A stretch of 64,000 nucleotides of DNA from Marsupella aquatica (Eukaryota > Plantae > Marchantiophyta), in contig OZ316891.1 of NCBI GenBank assembly GCA_973895155.1, forward strand, positions 24,055,899-24,119,898. Reading direction: 5' to 3'. Shown in pieces: positions 1-13,919 of the stretch. The notes beneath the pieces were generated by a model that was not told the origin of the DNA, ran no database searches, and saw nothing but the letters and a program-made list of their open reading frames with translations. The translations under genes and the position numbers were made by a program. Position 1 is the first letter of the stretch. The number at the start of each line of letters is the position of its first letter.

Positions 1-991
1 TCCACCTCCTCAAGTCGGACAACGACAGACTTTGTAGACAGCGGGAAGACCGCTCCCACTCGGGCGGCTCTGGCAAGCGTGCCTGACATTAGCGGCAGAG
101 TAGGAATAGAATAGGGTTAGGAGTAGCTAAGTCAGGCTATTGGGACAGGCACCTGCCTTAGTTACAGCAGCACTGCCATGCTGTCCAGCCTGCATAGATT
201 AGGATCTTCTAATAAGACAGCCATTTTTTGGCTTGACAGTCAGATCAGTTAGGACCTAAGTCAGCGGATCTTCGGGTGGGAGGACACTCCGTTCCCCGGC
301 CCTTAGTATTTAGTGCACCCCTCGGTAGAGGCAGGGGGGTTTTTAGTCTCAGAGTTGGACATCCGTGGTATGTGCGGGGAGTCCCGACCTCTGGGAATGA
401 AAGAGTACCAAGGGGAGGGGGTAGGACTAAGCTCGCCGGGAGAGTGCGGAGCCGGGCTCCGTTGTAGTATACACTCTCAGCCTTGAACCTATTCATTCCG
501 GAGCTATCGGGTCAACCAAGTGTACGCACATGTCCCCTATGTAGTAAAATCCTTTCCCATTATTTCCTTCGTGTAAATCAAGATTGTATGCTTGTGCGCG
601 TGACTGTATGTGTGTGTGAATCTCGTGTATAGGTGACAATGCCGGGCCGAACGCACTACCCGAGTCGTGCACGGGGTGCAGCTTGCGGGTATGTGGTTGC
701 GAGCACGGGTTGAGGACCTGTATCATAGAATCCGGATCAAAGGCGGACAACACGAAGGCTTAGAAGTCCTTAAGCCGGGGTCGATCCTGTTATCGACTAA
801 GGTACGTTCCGACGGCGGAACACAAACCATACCTAGGAGATGTCCGTATCTAATAGTAGGCACACTTAGCGCTAGTTTACATGAATTAGGTGCATTACGC
901 GCTTCCCTCCCTGCCCGAACCCTCATATTTACGAAGGAGGTGCCCGTTTAAAGCTGAAGCCCGAGTTACGGCCAAGGCTGATGACGTGACA
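1..991 (+). mobile_element. 3' part of a long Ty3/gypsy-type LTR (innermost of a nested LTR stack; 5' end outside window)
   Basis: Near-identical to ~4430-5414. Ends GTGACA at 991, after which the same LTR family resumes at an upstream register. Confidence 0.75.
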
Positions 992-1435
992 GACGCGGTG
1001 AGGCAGAAGAACAAATCTTTGCTTGACCAAGTCCAACTCCTCAAGCTGGACAACGACAGACTCTGGAAGCAGCGGGATAGCCGCTCCCACTCAGGTAGCT
1101 CTGGCAAACATGCCAGGCATTAGTGGCGGGTTAGGATTAGAATAGGGTTAGGAGTAGCTAAATCAGGCTATAGGGACAAGCGCGAGCCATAAGTTAAGCG
1201 GCGTTGCCACATTGTCCAGCCTGCATAGAATAGATTAGACTAATAAGACAAGCCATTTTTGGCCTGACAGCCAGCTTAGCTAGGATCTTAGTTAGCATAG
1301 ATTCGGGCACGAGGCCATTCCGGTCCTCAGCCCTTAGTATTTAGTGCACCCCTTGGTAGAGGCAGGGGGGATTTTAGTCTCACAAGTTGGGCATTCGCGG
1401 TATGCGCGGGGAGTCCCAAACTTGATGAGTGCCGG

Positions 1436-4400
1436 TGTGATGCCGCCGGTATGGCGGGTAATGAGTGATTTGGTCTAACCGCGCTTAGCACGCACATTAG
1501 GGGTATCTTAGGCCGTTATTATTAGCATAACGATAGTATTTAGGTAGCCATTATGAGTAGGAAATCATTAGTCAATAAGGGGAATCCATGTTCGGGCTGG
1601 CGGCGGGTCGCCATTTGCACGCCCGGGTTGCGAGCGTATAATGGGCCCCCTTTCCCCCTCCCTCGGGTCCGTATAACAAACCCCGGGAGGCGGCCACTGA
1701 CACAAGCTGACCTAGACCGGCGAAGGGGCCGGTACACTACGAGCATGAAAGGCTTGGCCTATAAGCGACGAGGAGGCATTGGGCGATCGACAAGCTCTCA
1801 AGGTATAAAAGGGGGCTGATCCTTTGCAGTGCACCAGTTCTTCAGTCCACGCGCCAACTTTGACCCCGTCTCTCTCTTGCTTTTCCTTAGTCACCTGTTA
1901 TCTCCTCTGAATGTCACACACGATCCTTTCCAATTCGGCCATACAATTCTAGACTCAGTTCTTGTCTATCGGAGGGCACTTGGCCGACTCATTGAAACAC
2001 GCCAACCCGTGCTGATACGAGATCAAACTGAATACGAGAGAGCCATCCGCCTAGTAGGACAACACCACTATCTCCTTAACTTTGATTACCCATCCCAGAG
2101 CGAGCTTTACCGACCCAAAGAAGTATCAGGGTACTTCTTTGACGAAGGCAAATACATCGGCTTTTGGGAGGCATTGCTTCGGCTTCCAAACGAGTTCTTC
2201 AATATCCCGGGCACGATCGACTTGTAGCGACACCACTTTGACCACATCCCCGCTCGGGTCCGGGCTATCATCAACAACGAGTTCAGCACTACCCGGTCGA
2301 CAAGGCCGTTTGCACTTGCTTCGGAAAACCTCCACCGGCACCTATAGAACTTCATGGCAACTCTACCATCAGCGACCAGTGCCGGCCAACCCATGCCCGT
2401 ACCCGCACCTACACCTCCTCGGCCTCAGCCGAGCCGGTCCGCGCCACCGGTTCCACCACCTCTCTGAGTTTGATCTGTGGTGAATGCGGTAAATATTAGC
2501 TCTAAAGACGAGGAGGCTCACCCTCCTCTGAATTGACGGCTGCAGGGTGCGACTCAACAAGCGCCGAACAACCCAGCACCACTCCAGCAAGCCCAAGGGG
2601 ATAACACGGTAACTCTAGCAGCCCTGACACCAATACTCACGGCAGTTGCGCTACCACCACCTGACCAAAAGGAAGGAGATATGTCCCCCTCTTCTAGTCA
2701 CCCCGGGAATCAGTCTCGGGGTAGGAAGAGGAAGGAGCCCGCAGCCGTATCCGGGTTGCCTTTGGCCACGGTTGCGGTAGCCAAGCTGACCATGCATTGC
2801 ATGGGGGAAAATATCCACAAGAACATCCTCCACCCCAAGCATGCATGCTATCTGAAGACCCAAGGGTTTGAGCACCTCGCCTCTCTCCCTTGGAACTCAA
2901 GCAGGTACTACGGACAGGATATGTCGAAGTTCATTCAGAATTTTGACGAGGCTTGTCAACAAACCCGAGCGCACAGGAGAGTGATGTGTCTCAATGAGGC
3001 ACGTCTAAAGATGATTTTTGGTTTACTCGAGGGGATAAACCAAGTAGAGTCACGGCCTCCTGGGGGCAAGGGAGCTAAATACCAGTCCTCTAGCTTCCCG
3101 GCCAAGGGGGTAGTGGACAATGGGTTCTTAATGAGGACGTGCCTCATCCCAGAGGTAGCAGAACGCCTGGAGTTCCAGCGGTATGCCCTCCACATGATGG
3201 AACCCAGAGGAGAAATATTGGCCACTCAGGTCATCCAGGTGGAGAACTATCGGCCCAGGAAGTGGGCGTCCTTCTTTGTCAAGAAGTTCCACAAGGAGAT
3301 GGAGCGGAGAAGAAAGACTTTGTACCTTGGTGGAAGGGCGTACTTCGCTAGCCACATCAAAATCATCATCGAGTGGTATGCTCGTTTTGACCGCCAGAGC
3401 CTCCCGCGTATCAACAAGCCCGAGCTAACCCTGTCAAAATGGGTGTTCCCAGCCCAGGTGAGGCGATCACAGCCCGAGGCCCAAAGTCTGGCAGCTGCAA
3501 GTCCTGCTACCCCGGCCCCGCAACCCGCCACTGCCGCCCCGCCGGGCATACCCATTGACGTTATCACAACCTTAGACGCGATCAATCGGGACAATGCAAT
3601 CGAAGTCGGGCCGGATGAAGCCATACCCAAAGCAGATGCCATGGTAGCCGAGAAGATTCCGCCACCCCCCGCGGTTATGCAGGAGAACCGCCCACCTCCA
3701 GTGGAACCAGCCCCTATGACCGACTTACCTCAAGGGCTGGATGTGTCCACTCCTACTCCCGAACGGGTTGGAGTCTGCCCGTGCCCAAATCCAGATGGAC
3801 ACAGTCTAGACCATCCGGAACTCTTTGCGTCGGGCGCATTTCTGAACGGGTTGTTGGGACATTTCTTGCAACAGATCTCTCGGGACACCGGGGAATACAT
3901 GGCCCAAAGGTGACCTTCTTCTTCAACCAGGAGTTGGTCGCGGCTGTAAGGGCAGGACATGCGCAAGCAGAGATAGCGTAGAGAATAGAGCAAAATTGGG
4001 TTAAGTCTGCCTACCTGAAAGACAAAGTGGCAACCCTGGAGGCTGAACTCCAGCAACTACGGCCTTAGGTAACGGCCACGGAGGACCAGGTTGCCGAGGC
4101 TAGGGCCCGAGCAGCTTTAGCAAAACAGGCCGGGCTCGAGAAGGACGCCAAGATCGCACGGCTCCGGACCAAGATTGACGGTTTTAAGGGACAAACCGTT
4201 AGTTGGCAAAAGGATCTGGAGGAAGCTGACTCTAGATCTCAGCAGGACACAGCCCAGATTGACACCCTGAAGGCAAAGGTGGCACGGCTTCAAGGAGAAG
4301 CCATGAAACAGGCCTAGTTGGTGGATAAGCTGACGAGCAACACCCAGCAACTGGAGGAGGCATGCCAAGAGGCCGCGGAAGAGGCGGAAATGGCAAAGCG

Positions 4401-5414
4401 GGAGAACGAATCTCTGCTGGACTAGGTCTAGCTACTCAAGCAGGACATTGACAGACTCAGAAGGCAGCGGGATAGCCGCTCCCACTCAGGCGGCTCTGGC
4501 AAGCGTGCGAGGCATTAGTGGCAAAGTAGGATTAAAATAGAGTTAGGAATAGCTAAATCAGGCTATAGGGACAAGCACCTGCCCTATTAAAGCAGCACTG
4601 TCATGCTGTCCAACCTACATAGATTAGGATCTTCTAATAAGACAAGCCGTTTTTCGGCCTGACAGCCAGCTTAGTTAGGACCTTAGTTAGCAAATCTTTG
4701 GGCACGAGGGCACTCTGTTCCTCGGCCCTTAGTATTTAGTGTACCCCTCAATAGAGGCAGGGGGATTTTTAGTCTCAGTGTTGGACATCCGCGGTATGTG
4801 CGGGGAGTCCCAACCTCTGGGAGTGAAAGAGTACCAAGGGGAGGGTGTAGGACTAAGCTCGTTGGGCAAGTGCGGAGCTGGGCTCCGTTGTAGTGTACAC
4901 CCTTGGCCTTGGACCTGTTCATTCTAGAGCTCTCGGGTCAACTAAGTATACGCATATGTCTCCTATGTAGTAAAATCCTTTCCCATTATTTCCTTCGTGT
5001 AAATCGACATTGTATGCTTGTGCGTATGTATATGTATGAATCTCGTGTATAGGTGCCAATGCTTGTCCGAACGCACTACCCAAGTCGTGCACGGGGTGCA
5101 GCTTGCGGGTAAGTGGTTGCGAGCCCGGGTTGAGTACCCATATCATCGAATCTGGATCAAAGGCAGAAAACACGAAGGCTTAGAAGCTCATAAGCCGGGG
5201 TCAATCCTGCTATCGACTAAGGTACGTTCCGGCGGCGAGACACAAACCATACCTAGGAGGTGTCCGTATATGACAATAGGCGCACTTAGCGCTAGTTTAC
5301 GTGAGTTAGGTGCATTCCGTGCCTCCCTCCCTGCCCGAACCCTCATTTTGATGAAGGATGTGCCTGTCTAAGTTGGAGCCCGGGTTAAGGCCTACTTAGG
5401 CTGATGATGTGACA
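1436..5414 (+). mobile_element. ~4 kb solo LTR (Ty3/gypsy) containing an ORF
   Basis: TGTGATGCC...GTGACA termini, flanked by GCCGG (1431-1435) and ACCGG (5415-5419), a 5-bp TSD with one mismatch. The 5' terminus is the same TGTGATGCC as the full gypsy LTRs. Confidence 0.85.
1829..4518 (+). pseudogene. LTR-internal ORF: plant-transposon-protein-like domain + Pro-rich linker + coiled coil (degraded)
   Basis: ORF 2681-3913 'GFEHLASLPW...MSKFIQNF...LKMIFGL' aligns by eye with 'GLEAFVRLPW...FLEFVGSW...ISEVFGL' of the gypsy LTR ORF. Continues through stops as a heptad-rich tail to TAG at 4518. Start uncertain. Confidence 0.6.
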
Positions 5415-5999
5415 ACCGGAGTGCCAAGGAGAGGGTATACGACTAAGCTTGCCGGGCGAGTGCGGAGCCGGGCTCCATTGTAGTGTATACTCCTCGGCCT
5501 TGGGCCCGTTCATTCACAAGGTGTCGGGTCACCCAATCATAAGTGTACGACAATGGTTGAAGTAAATCCTTTCCCATCACTTCCTTTGTGTAAACCGAGG
5601 CTTTATGCTTGTGTATGTATGCATGTATGAGTCTCGTGTATGGGTGTCAATGCTTGGCCGAACGCAATATCCAAGCCGTGCATGGGGTGCAGGTTAGGGT
5701 AGGGGGTTGCGAGCCCGGGTTGAGCGGTTGTATCATTGGATCCGGATCGGAGGCGGATAGCACAAAGGCTTAGAAGTCCGTAAGCCGGGGTCGATCCCGT
5801 TATCGACTAAGGTATGTTCCGGCGGCAAAACACAAAGTATACCTAGGAGTGTCCGTAAGTGACTATATGCGCAGTTAGCGCTAGTTTGTGGGAAATACAC
5901 GCACTCCGCTTGTCCCTCCCTGCCCGAACCCAAATACTAACAAAGGAAACGCCCGTCTAAGCCATAGATCGGTCTAAGGCCCAGGCCGGCGATGTGACA

Positions 6000-7215
6000 A
6001 GACGTCAAGGAGGCCGAGGTTTGGGCTCAAAGGGATGCCGCCAAGGTTGATGCACTAAAAGCCGAGGTGGCACATTTTCAACATGAGGCCGCTGCCTAGA
6101 GCCAGCTGGTGGTCAAGCTGACGAGCGACGGTCAACAATTGGAAGAGGCATGCTAGGAGGCAGTGGAGGAGACAAACGCGGCAAAAAGAGAGAATGAGTC
6201 TCTCTTGCATTGAACCAGGTCCAAATCCTCAAGCAAGACGTCAATCGGCTGAAGAGGTAGCGGGACAACCGGTCCATGTCCCACTCGGACGGATCTCACA
6301 AGCGCGCCAGGCATTAGGCGGTGCCAATAGTTTAGGGTGGCGTAGGTTTAGCCATAGGAGTAGGACACTATTGACAAGCGCCGTAATTGTTAGAACGGAG
6401 CCGACCATCTCTTAGCCTAGTCTTTTAGGGTGACGACAAGCCGTTTTGCAGGCTGGCATTTAGCTAGGTTTAGCTTAGGGTTGAATTTGAGCGCGTGACC
6501 ACTCCTGGCCACGGCTCTTAGTTAGTATTTAGTGCGCCCTTGGTAGAGAGGGAGGGGGATTTTAGGTTTAGAACTGGGTGTCCGTAGGATATGCGGGGAG
6601 TCCCGGCCTTTGCGAGTAGAAGTCCCAAGGAGGGAGGGTACGACTAAGCTTGCTGGGCAATTGCGGAGCTAGGCTCCATTGTAGTGTACGCCTCTTTGCC
6701 CTTGGCCTGAGTATTCGAGAGAAGTCGAGTCAACCATGTATATGTGCATAATGGCTTCTGAAGTAAAGTCTTTTCCCCACTATTTCCTTTGTATAAATCA
6801 AGCGTGTATGTTGTGAATGTTGAGAACAATTGTACATCTTGTATGGGGATAGAGAAGGCTGGGCCGAACGCGCTATACGAGCCATGCACGGGGTGTAGGC
6901 TACGGATAGCGGTTTTGGGTCCAGGTTAGCTACCCACATTAGCGGATCCGAATTGGAGGTGGACAGCATGAAGGCTTAAAAGTCCTTAAGCTGGGGTCGA
7001 TCTTGCTATTGACTAGAGGTACGTTCCGGCGATGGAACACAAACGATACCTATGATACGGGTAACAATTATAGTATTGGGCACGTTTAGTGTCAAGTTAA
7101 GGGAAATATGGGACCGTACGCAGGTCCCTCCTTGCCTGAACCTCAATATATATTAACGAAGTTTATGCCCGCCTAAGCTGAAATCCGAGTAAGGACCAAA
7201 GCGTTTGGCGTGACA
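6000..7215 (+). mobile_element. 3' part of a third, more diverged LTR (outermost of the stack)
   Basis: Diverged homologue of ~4200-5414; ends GTGACA at 7215, then AT-rich unrelated sequence. Confidence 0.7.
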
Positions 7216-7368
7216 TACCTTATGCTACTCTTTTATAAATTTTTAGGATGGCTGGTTTGAATAGTATATCTAGGCATCAGTTTTACATGAGTTCTTACCC
7301 TAATGATTCTTAATGTATTACTGCTGGTCATGAGTTACTATGTAGTGATAGGGTGTATTTTCATCTAT

Positions 7369-7392
7369 AACACGAAGCCTTAAAGGATGGGT
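7369..7392 (+). repeat. Left TIR of element A
   Basis: Reverse complement of 45000-45023 (23/24). Confidence 0.88.
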
Positions 7393-8000
7393 AATAAGCC
7401 CAATGTATAAGAACTAATGATAAAAAACCTTGAAAATATGGAAAAAGCCAAAAAATGCATCTAAAAACAAGCTCTTTTTTGGCAAGAACTCAAAACTTGC
7501 AAAAAAACACAAATAGGGCATCATTTTGACTACTCAAAATCACAAAATTGGTTGTGGGAAACATTTAATAAGCAAATACCACATATTTCAATGTTGCAAT
7601 TTATTACTAGCACACATTCAATCGGCTCAATAACACATTCACCCTTGAAATACCACCCTAAAGTTCATTGACATCCCAAATATGTAAAGTTTTCAAAAGA
7701 GGGTCAAGATTTCCGAATTATTTTGCAGTTTGTAGGATCCTAGGGTTCATTTACCAAGAAAAACCATCATTCACACAAAGGGAATGACGAGTATATCAAA
7801 AGCTTTCAAATATATATGGGATTCTAGAAGGTACCTCTTTTAGTTAATATTTTGTTTTCTGAATTTCTCAAACAAGACTGCCCACACGATGGACATTCTC
7901 AAAATGTCAAACTTCTTTCAATATGATTCATGAATTCATGAATTCATCATTCACAACATTTATGGTTTGCCACCAACTCAAACAATAATAAATTGCAAAT

Positions 8001-11000
8001 TGTTATAACCCAGGTTAAACCTACTTACCATAGTTCTACTTGCCTAACTAGAGTTCTACCTAACTCAGTTAGGATAACTGCCTCAGGGCAACGGCCTTCA
8101 AGCCGCATGTACTTATTCTTCTCCTTGGGAGTATACACGAGATCTTTTTCCATCTTGTCATGGTCCAACACGTTATTAGCACGAGTAGTGCTCTGGTTTT
8201 TTTTCCTTTAAATTTTTTTCCTCCGCCCTTCTACGAACCACGCTCACACTTGTCCGATCCTTAGTCACCGCGTGAAGGTTTTGCACGAAGCGTTGCGTCT
8301 CATGAACGTCCAACGCGCACGCAATACACTCGCCGCGTGAAGTTTTCAAGACTACGAACAGAGGCAAGGCGAGCGTGCAAGCAGCCGTGCACAACGCGAT
8401 CGGACAATCAGACAAAGCGAGAGGCTGGAGTGCAGCAACCAACGCAAATTACAATCGACCACTCCAGCTAACACCTCCAATTACGAAAGCTCTTCACATT
8501 CCATTTATTCATGTCATCAATTTGTGAATTCATCAATCTAGACAAATTGTATTTCCGCCACTGAAACGCATACTACATATAATCATAGTAATCATGCCTC
8601 CGGCAGCCATGGAAAAGTTATATTTCCAGCCATTAAGTATTGATGGCGCCAACTATCTTTCTTGGCAATTGGACATAGAGGCACACTTGACATCCAAAGA
8701 CATTGCAGACACGATCACCTCCGACACAGGATCTACTTTACAGGAGCGAGCTCAAGCGCTGATCTTAATCAGGCGACATTTGACTGAACCACTAAAGCTT
8801 CAATATCTAAACGAGCTCAACCCACGCCGATTGTGGGAAGCACTCCTTTCTAGATTTGACCATACCCGAACAATCTTCCTCCCGGCGGCCCTACACGATT
8901 GGATCAATCTGAGGGTGCAAGATCACAAAACCATCGCAGCTTACAATAGTGAGCTGTTCCGCATTACCTCCCAACTCGCAGTCTATCAAAAACCGGTGAA
9001 TGATCAGGAACAGATCGAAAAAAACTCTTTCTACATTCCATTCTACGAACATGGTCATTTCAACACAATACCGAAACATGAACTTTACCAAATACTCGGA
9101 GCTCATAGCCCATATGCTGCTTGCCGAAAAGCACCAGATACTTTTGTTGGAAAACACCAAGCAGAGGCCTCCGGGTACCTTACCACCCCAACCCCACACG
9201 GAGACCCATTTTAATAATCCACGCACTGACCCCGGAAGTTCCTACAGAGGGCGTGGCAACGGACGGGGTAGAAATACCTCTAGAGGCCGATGGGGCGATT
9301 TTAGGAGTGACGGTCGAGGCCAATTTCGCGCATCAGGCAGGGGCCGCGGCCGTTCACGAAACACCTACAATAGCAATACCTGGAAATAGCCACAGCAAGT
9401 CAGATCAAATCCTCGCAGCCACCCACAGAAACCAGAAGAAGCCATGACCTGTTATAGATGTGGAACGAAAGGTCATGTCCAGAAACAATGTAGAGCACCT
9501 GCACATCTGGTCGCGCTCTATAAAGCCAGTATCGGCGAAGGCGCACGAGAATCACATGGGGCATTTCTTGATTCCACTGAGATAAGACCAGAAATACACT
9601 TAGCTCCTATTTCAGATGCACATAATCCATTAGATGATCCTACTTGTTGCATAGTCGACAGTGGGACTTCCCACTCCATCCTCAGGGAGCGCAAACATTT
9701 CAAATACATTGATCCATCCGATAGAAGTGTCACGACTATCCTAGGCAACCATCAATTAGAAGAGGGAAATGGCCCTGCGATGGTAATCTTACCACAGAAA
9801 ACAACCATACACATACGCTCTGCAATCTATGCCCCCCGAGCCACAAGAAACTTACTAAGTTTCAAGGATATCCAAGAGAACGGATTCCACATCCAGACAA
9901 ACACTATTAGTGGCCAAGAGGTGTTGAATATACTAGAGACCACTGCATCAGGAACTATGATCAAAGAAACATTAAAGGCATTCCCATTAGGCTTTTATAT
10001 AACAAAAATAGACAATTACCACGTAATATCCCAACTGATTAGCACCACAGAACTATGGCATCGACGTCTCGGCCACCCAGGCCTACGAATGTTCCAGAGG
10101 ATCCTCAAAGATTCTCGAGGCATCCCCGCCTCAGTGCACCCAGCCTCATTGAAAGAACCATGCTTACCTTGCTCGCAAGGGAAGCTAGTCCTTCGCCCAT
10201 CCCCAACGAAGACTGACAAAAGGATACCCAAGTTCCTAGAAAGAATTCATGCAGACGTATGTGGACCGGTGGACCCCCCCAGTGGCCCCTTCCGATTCTT
10301 TCTGGCCATAGTAGATGCCTCCTCGAAATGGTCTCAAATTTCACTCCTTTCCACCTGAAATTTAGTATTCTCCAGACTCCTTGCCCATATACTTAAACTT
10401 AAGACACAGTTCCCGGAGCATCCCATTAGAACTCTTCGAGTAGATAACGCTGGTGAATTTACGTCAAAAACATTCGAAGATTTTTGCATGACTACTGGAA
10501 TTGACTTAGAGTACCCAGTCCCCTACGTTCACTTTCAAAACGGGATGGCCGAATCATTGATTAAGCGTATACAAACCGTAGCGAGGCCACTCCTCATGCA
10601 GACCAACCTTCCACAAACAGCCTGGGGACACGCAGTCCTTCACGCAGCAACTCTACTACAATATCGCCCCTCCGCATTTAACGATGCATCTCCTCATAGT
10701 TTAGCCTTCGGATCCAATCCCAACTTATCACACTTTCGCACCTTTGGCTGCGAAGTCCTCGTTCCGATCATGGGTCCCAAACGAACCAAACTTGGTCCAC
10801 AACGCCAGAAAGGCGTTTATGTTGGTTTGGACTCACCGTCCATCATACGATATCTCGACCCGACCACGACAGATCTTTATAAGGCACGAATGGCAGATTG
10901 CCATTTCTATGAGTCGGTATTCCCTAAACTGGGAACCACACAAAACCTCGAGAATACGAACAACCAACAATTAAAATGGCAGATTGACTCCAAATTTTGG

Positions 11001-13878
11001 AATGACCCTCGGACCCCACTAGCGGATCGCGAGGTACAAAGGATCCTCCACCTTACCAAGGTACTTGGAGACCTCCCGGATTCCTTCGTGGATGTAGCCC
11101 AGGTCACCCGATCGCACGTACCAGCCGCCAATACCCCTTCGAGAATTGAGACTGATGGACAGCCATCAGCCGAGGTAGTCCCAAGGCAGAAACGAGGCAG
11201 GCCACTCGGTTCCACTGACAAACGCCCGCGCCAAAGAAAACCCACCATTCCTGCAGTCAATAATGCCATACTCCAGCCACCATCATTAGAACAAGGAGAG
11301 GAAATCTCCATACATTATAATAAAACCGGACACATCTGGGATCGATTTACTTTAAAGATGGACGATAGATTTGCTTTCCAAATCTCAAAAGACATCATAG
11401 CGGACTTACCCGATCCCAGAACGATTGCAGAAGCCCAGAAACAAGAAGATTGGGAACATTGGGAGAGAGCCATCAAATCTGAGCTAGACTCACTGATCTC
11501 CCGACAGGTCTTCGGACCAATCACTCGGGCCCCTCCACAGACACACCTTACGGGATATAAGTGGGTGTTCGTAAAGAAACGAGATTCCAAAGGGACAATC
11601 GTGAGATACAAGGCCCGATTAGTGGCCATGGGATTTACACAAATTCCCGGCAAAGACTATGACCTCACCTATTCTCCAGTCATGGACGTCATTACGTACC
11701 GGTATTTAACTGCGTTCGCACTCCACCATCAATTATCCATGCATCAAATGGATATAGTCACAACTTATCTCTACGGCACGTTAGATAAAACGATACACAT
11801 GGAAGCCCCACCAGAATTGATATCTAGAGTACATTATCATAGTCAGGGGGAGAATAACACAGAAAACGTCAGCCAGAACAACGACTACTCATTCAGGCAT
11901 ACTGATCATGCCATACTACAGAAGACTTCAAAAGCAATTGCATTCATTCAACAATCTGCACACCCCGCCACGGGCGCACTTCCTGCTAAGACAAAATTTG
12001 TTGTACAAGTTTTACGTTCTCTGTATGGCCTCAAGCAAAGTGGCCGGACTTGGTACTACAAATTCAAGGATGAAATGCTAGCTATGGGTTTCAAGAACAG
12101 CGAGATAGCTCCCTGCGTGTTTATCAAACGCGAGGGCAGTGAACTCATAATCGTCGCTATATATGTTGACGATCTTAATCTGTTCGGAACCGCTAAGATT
12201 ATGCTAGAAACGATACACATACTCAAACGTGTTTTCGAAATGCGAGACATGGGGCAAACTATGTTTTGCCTTGGCCTATAGTTTGAGCATCTCCCGAGTG
12301 GAATACTACTCCACCAGACCACGTACGTCAAGAAAATGCTCCAACAATTCCACATGTCGACAAGCAAAGCAGTAAGATCCCCAATGGACCTACGGTCGTT
12401 GGACAAAGAAAAGGATATCTTTCGCAAAAGAGAGGAAATAGAACCACTTCTTGGTTCAGAGAAACCTTACCTGTCAGCCATAGGGGCGCTCATGTTTGTT
12501 GCCAACCAAACCCGCCCAGACATAGCCTTCGCAATCAATCTACTCGCCAGGCATAGTTCACAACCGACTATTCGGCATTGGAATGGAATCAAATGGATCT
12601 TCAAATACCTCCACGGTACATCTGATCTGGGCCTCTTTTACCCCCGACAATCTCGCATCACACTAACCGGGTTTGCCGATGCAGGATATTTGTCAGACCC
12701 TGCAGACGCAAAATCACAAACGGGATACATCTTTCTCACAGGAAACACTGCAATCTCTTGGAAGAGCACAAAGCAGACATTAACGACGACATCATCCAAC
12801 CATTCTGAAATCATAGCACTGTATGAAGCGAGTCGTGAGTGCATTTGGTTAAGGAATGTAATCAACCATATTGCCGAATGCACAGGAACGAATACACTAA
12901 CTGCGCCTACTGTCATCTTTGAAGACAATCGGCCTTGTGTCGAACAGATAGCAGCAGGTTTCATCAAAGGCGACAAAACAAAGCACATTGCACCAAAATT
13001 TTTCTTTGCACATGAACAAAATGGACACCAAATCGATGTGCGATGGATTTCGAGTGCAGAGAACTCAGCTGATCTACTCACCAAGGCCCTACCACCTGCT
13101 ATGCATCAGAAATTAACCTTCTCCATTGGAATGCGCAGCCTAAAAGTTTTGTTGCAGCCCTGATATTCATCGACCCCACGTTCCAGGGGGAGCACATCAC
13201 CTGGAGAGTCTACGTAGCAACATGCACGCAACGTCCGAAAAAGCCGCGCTCATGGGCTCGACCAAACGCTGTGCAACCCACCATCTCACGACCATCCGAA
13301 GTATGGCCCACCATCTCCACGAGCCTCGAGCGAATGCGGCCCACCATGACTAACTTTAGGGCTTACGATGCGGTTTCCATACGACTACTCACCACTAAAA
13401 TGACACGACTTTACTCACGATACCGTCTCTATACACACATGTTACGGCATACACACCCTTAGTACCCCTGTTTATTCAGGACATAATTCTTTTTAGGATT
13501 CTGATTAGTCTACAACTGTTTTTGGAACATGGATGGTGATACTCTTTCCTCCCATTGATGGGGAGGTTTTAGGGAGGTCACATCCTATTCCCTAACTATA
13601 TCATGATGAGAAAATAAAATAGGAGAAAGCAGAAGAATATAGTAGAAACAAAGCAGGTTTAGAATGGGTACAACTTTTTCCCTGGAAAATGTCATACCCA
13701 AGGGGGAGTGTTGTAACCCAGGTTAAACCTACTTACCATAGTTCTACTTGCCTAACTAGAGTTCTACCTAACTCAGTTAGGATAACTGCCTCAGGGCAAC
13801 GGCCTTCAAGCCGCATGTACTTATTCTTCTCCTTGGGAGTATACACGAGATCTTTTTCCATCTTGTCATGGTCCAACA
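8001..13878 (+). mobile_element. Full-length Ty1/copia LTR retrotransposon (Bianca-like)
   Basis: 170-bp LTRs 8001-8170 and 13709-13878 (one difference seen), TSD CAAAT, PBS CGTTATTAGCACG, PPT CAAGGGGGAG; domain order gag-PR-INT-RT-RH. Confidence 0.95.
8594..13163 (+). pseudogene. copia gag-pol polyprotein (1 frameshift, 3 in-frame stops)
   Basis: CCHC knuckle CYRCGTKGHVQKQC, protease VDSGTS, LWHRRLGH, integrase HADVCGP/QNGMAE, RT YVDD, RNase H ADLLTK. Extra A near 9020; stops at 9389, 10358, 12281. Confidence 0.95.
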
Positions 13879-13919
13879 CAAATACACTTGTTTGACAAAA
13901 TTGCTAAGATTGGTAAATC

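Larger units (their letters stand above)
992..5999 (+). mobile_element. 3' part of a second LTR of the same family, interrupted by the solo LTR at 1436-5414
   Basis: 992-1435 joins 5420-5999 colinearly with the other copies; ends GTGACA at 5999. Confidence 0.75.

Noticed and set aside
245-1123. Short ORFs repeated in LTR 3' regions (also 4683-5371, 6644-6969)
   Set aside because: They recur only because the LTR is repeated; frames are not consistently preserved and no domains are recognisable.
1912-1917. TGTCAC as LTR start pairing with GTGACA at 5414
   Set aside because: No TSD; the boundary at 1436 has a TSD and rejoins the host LTR.
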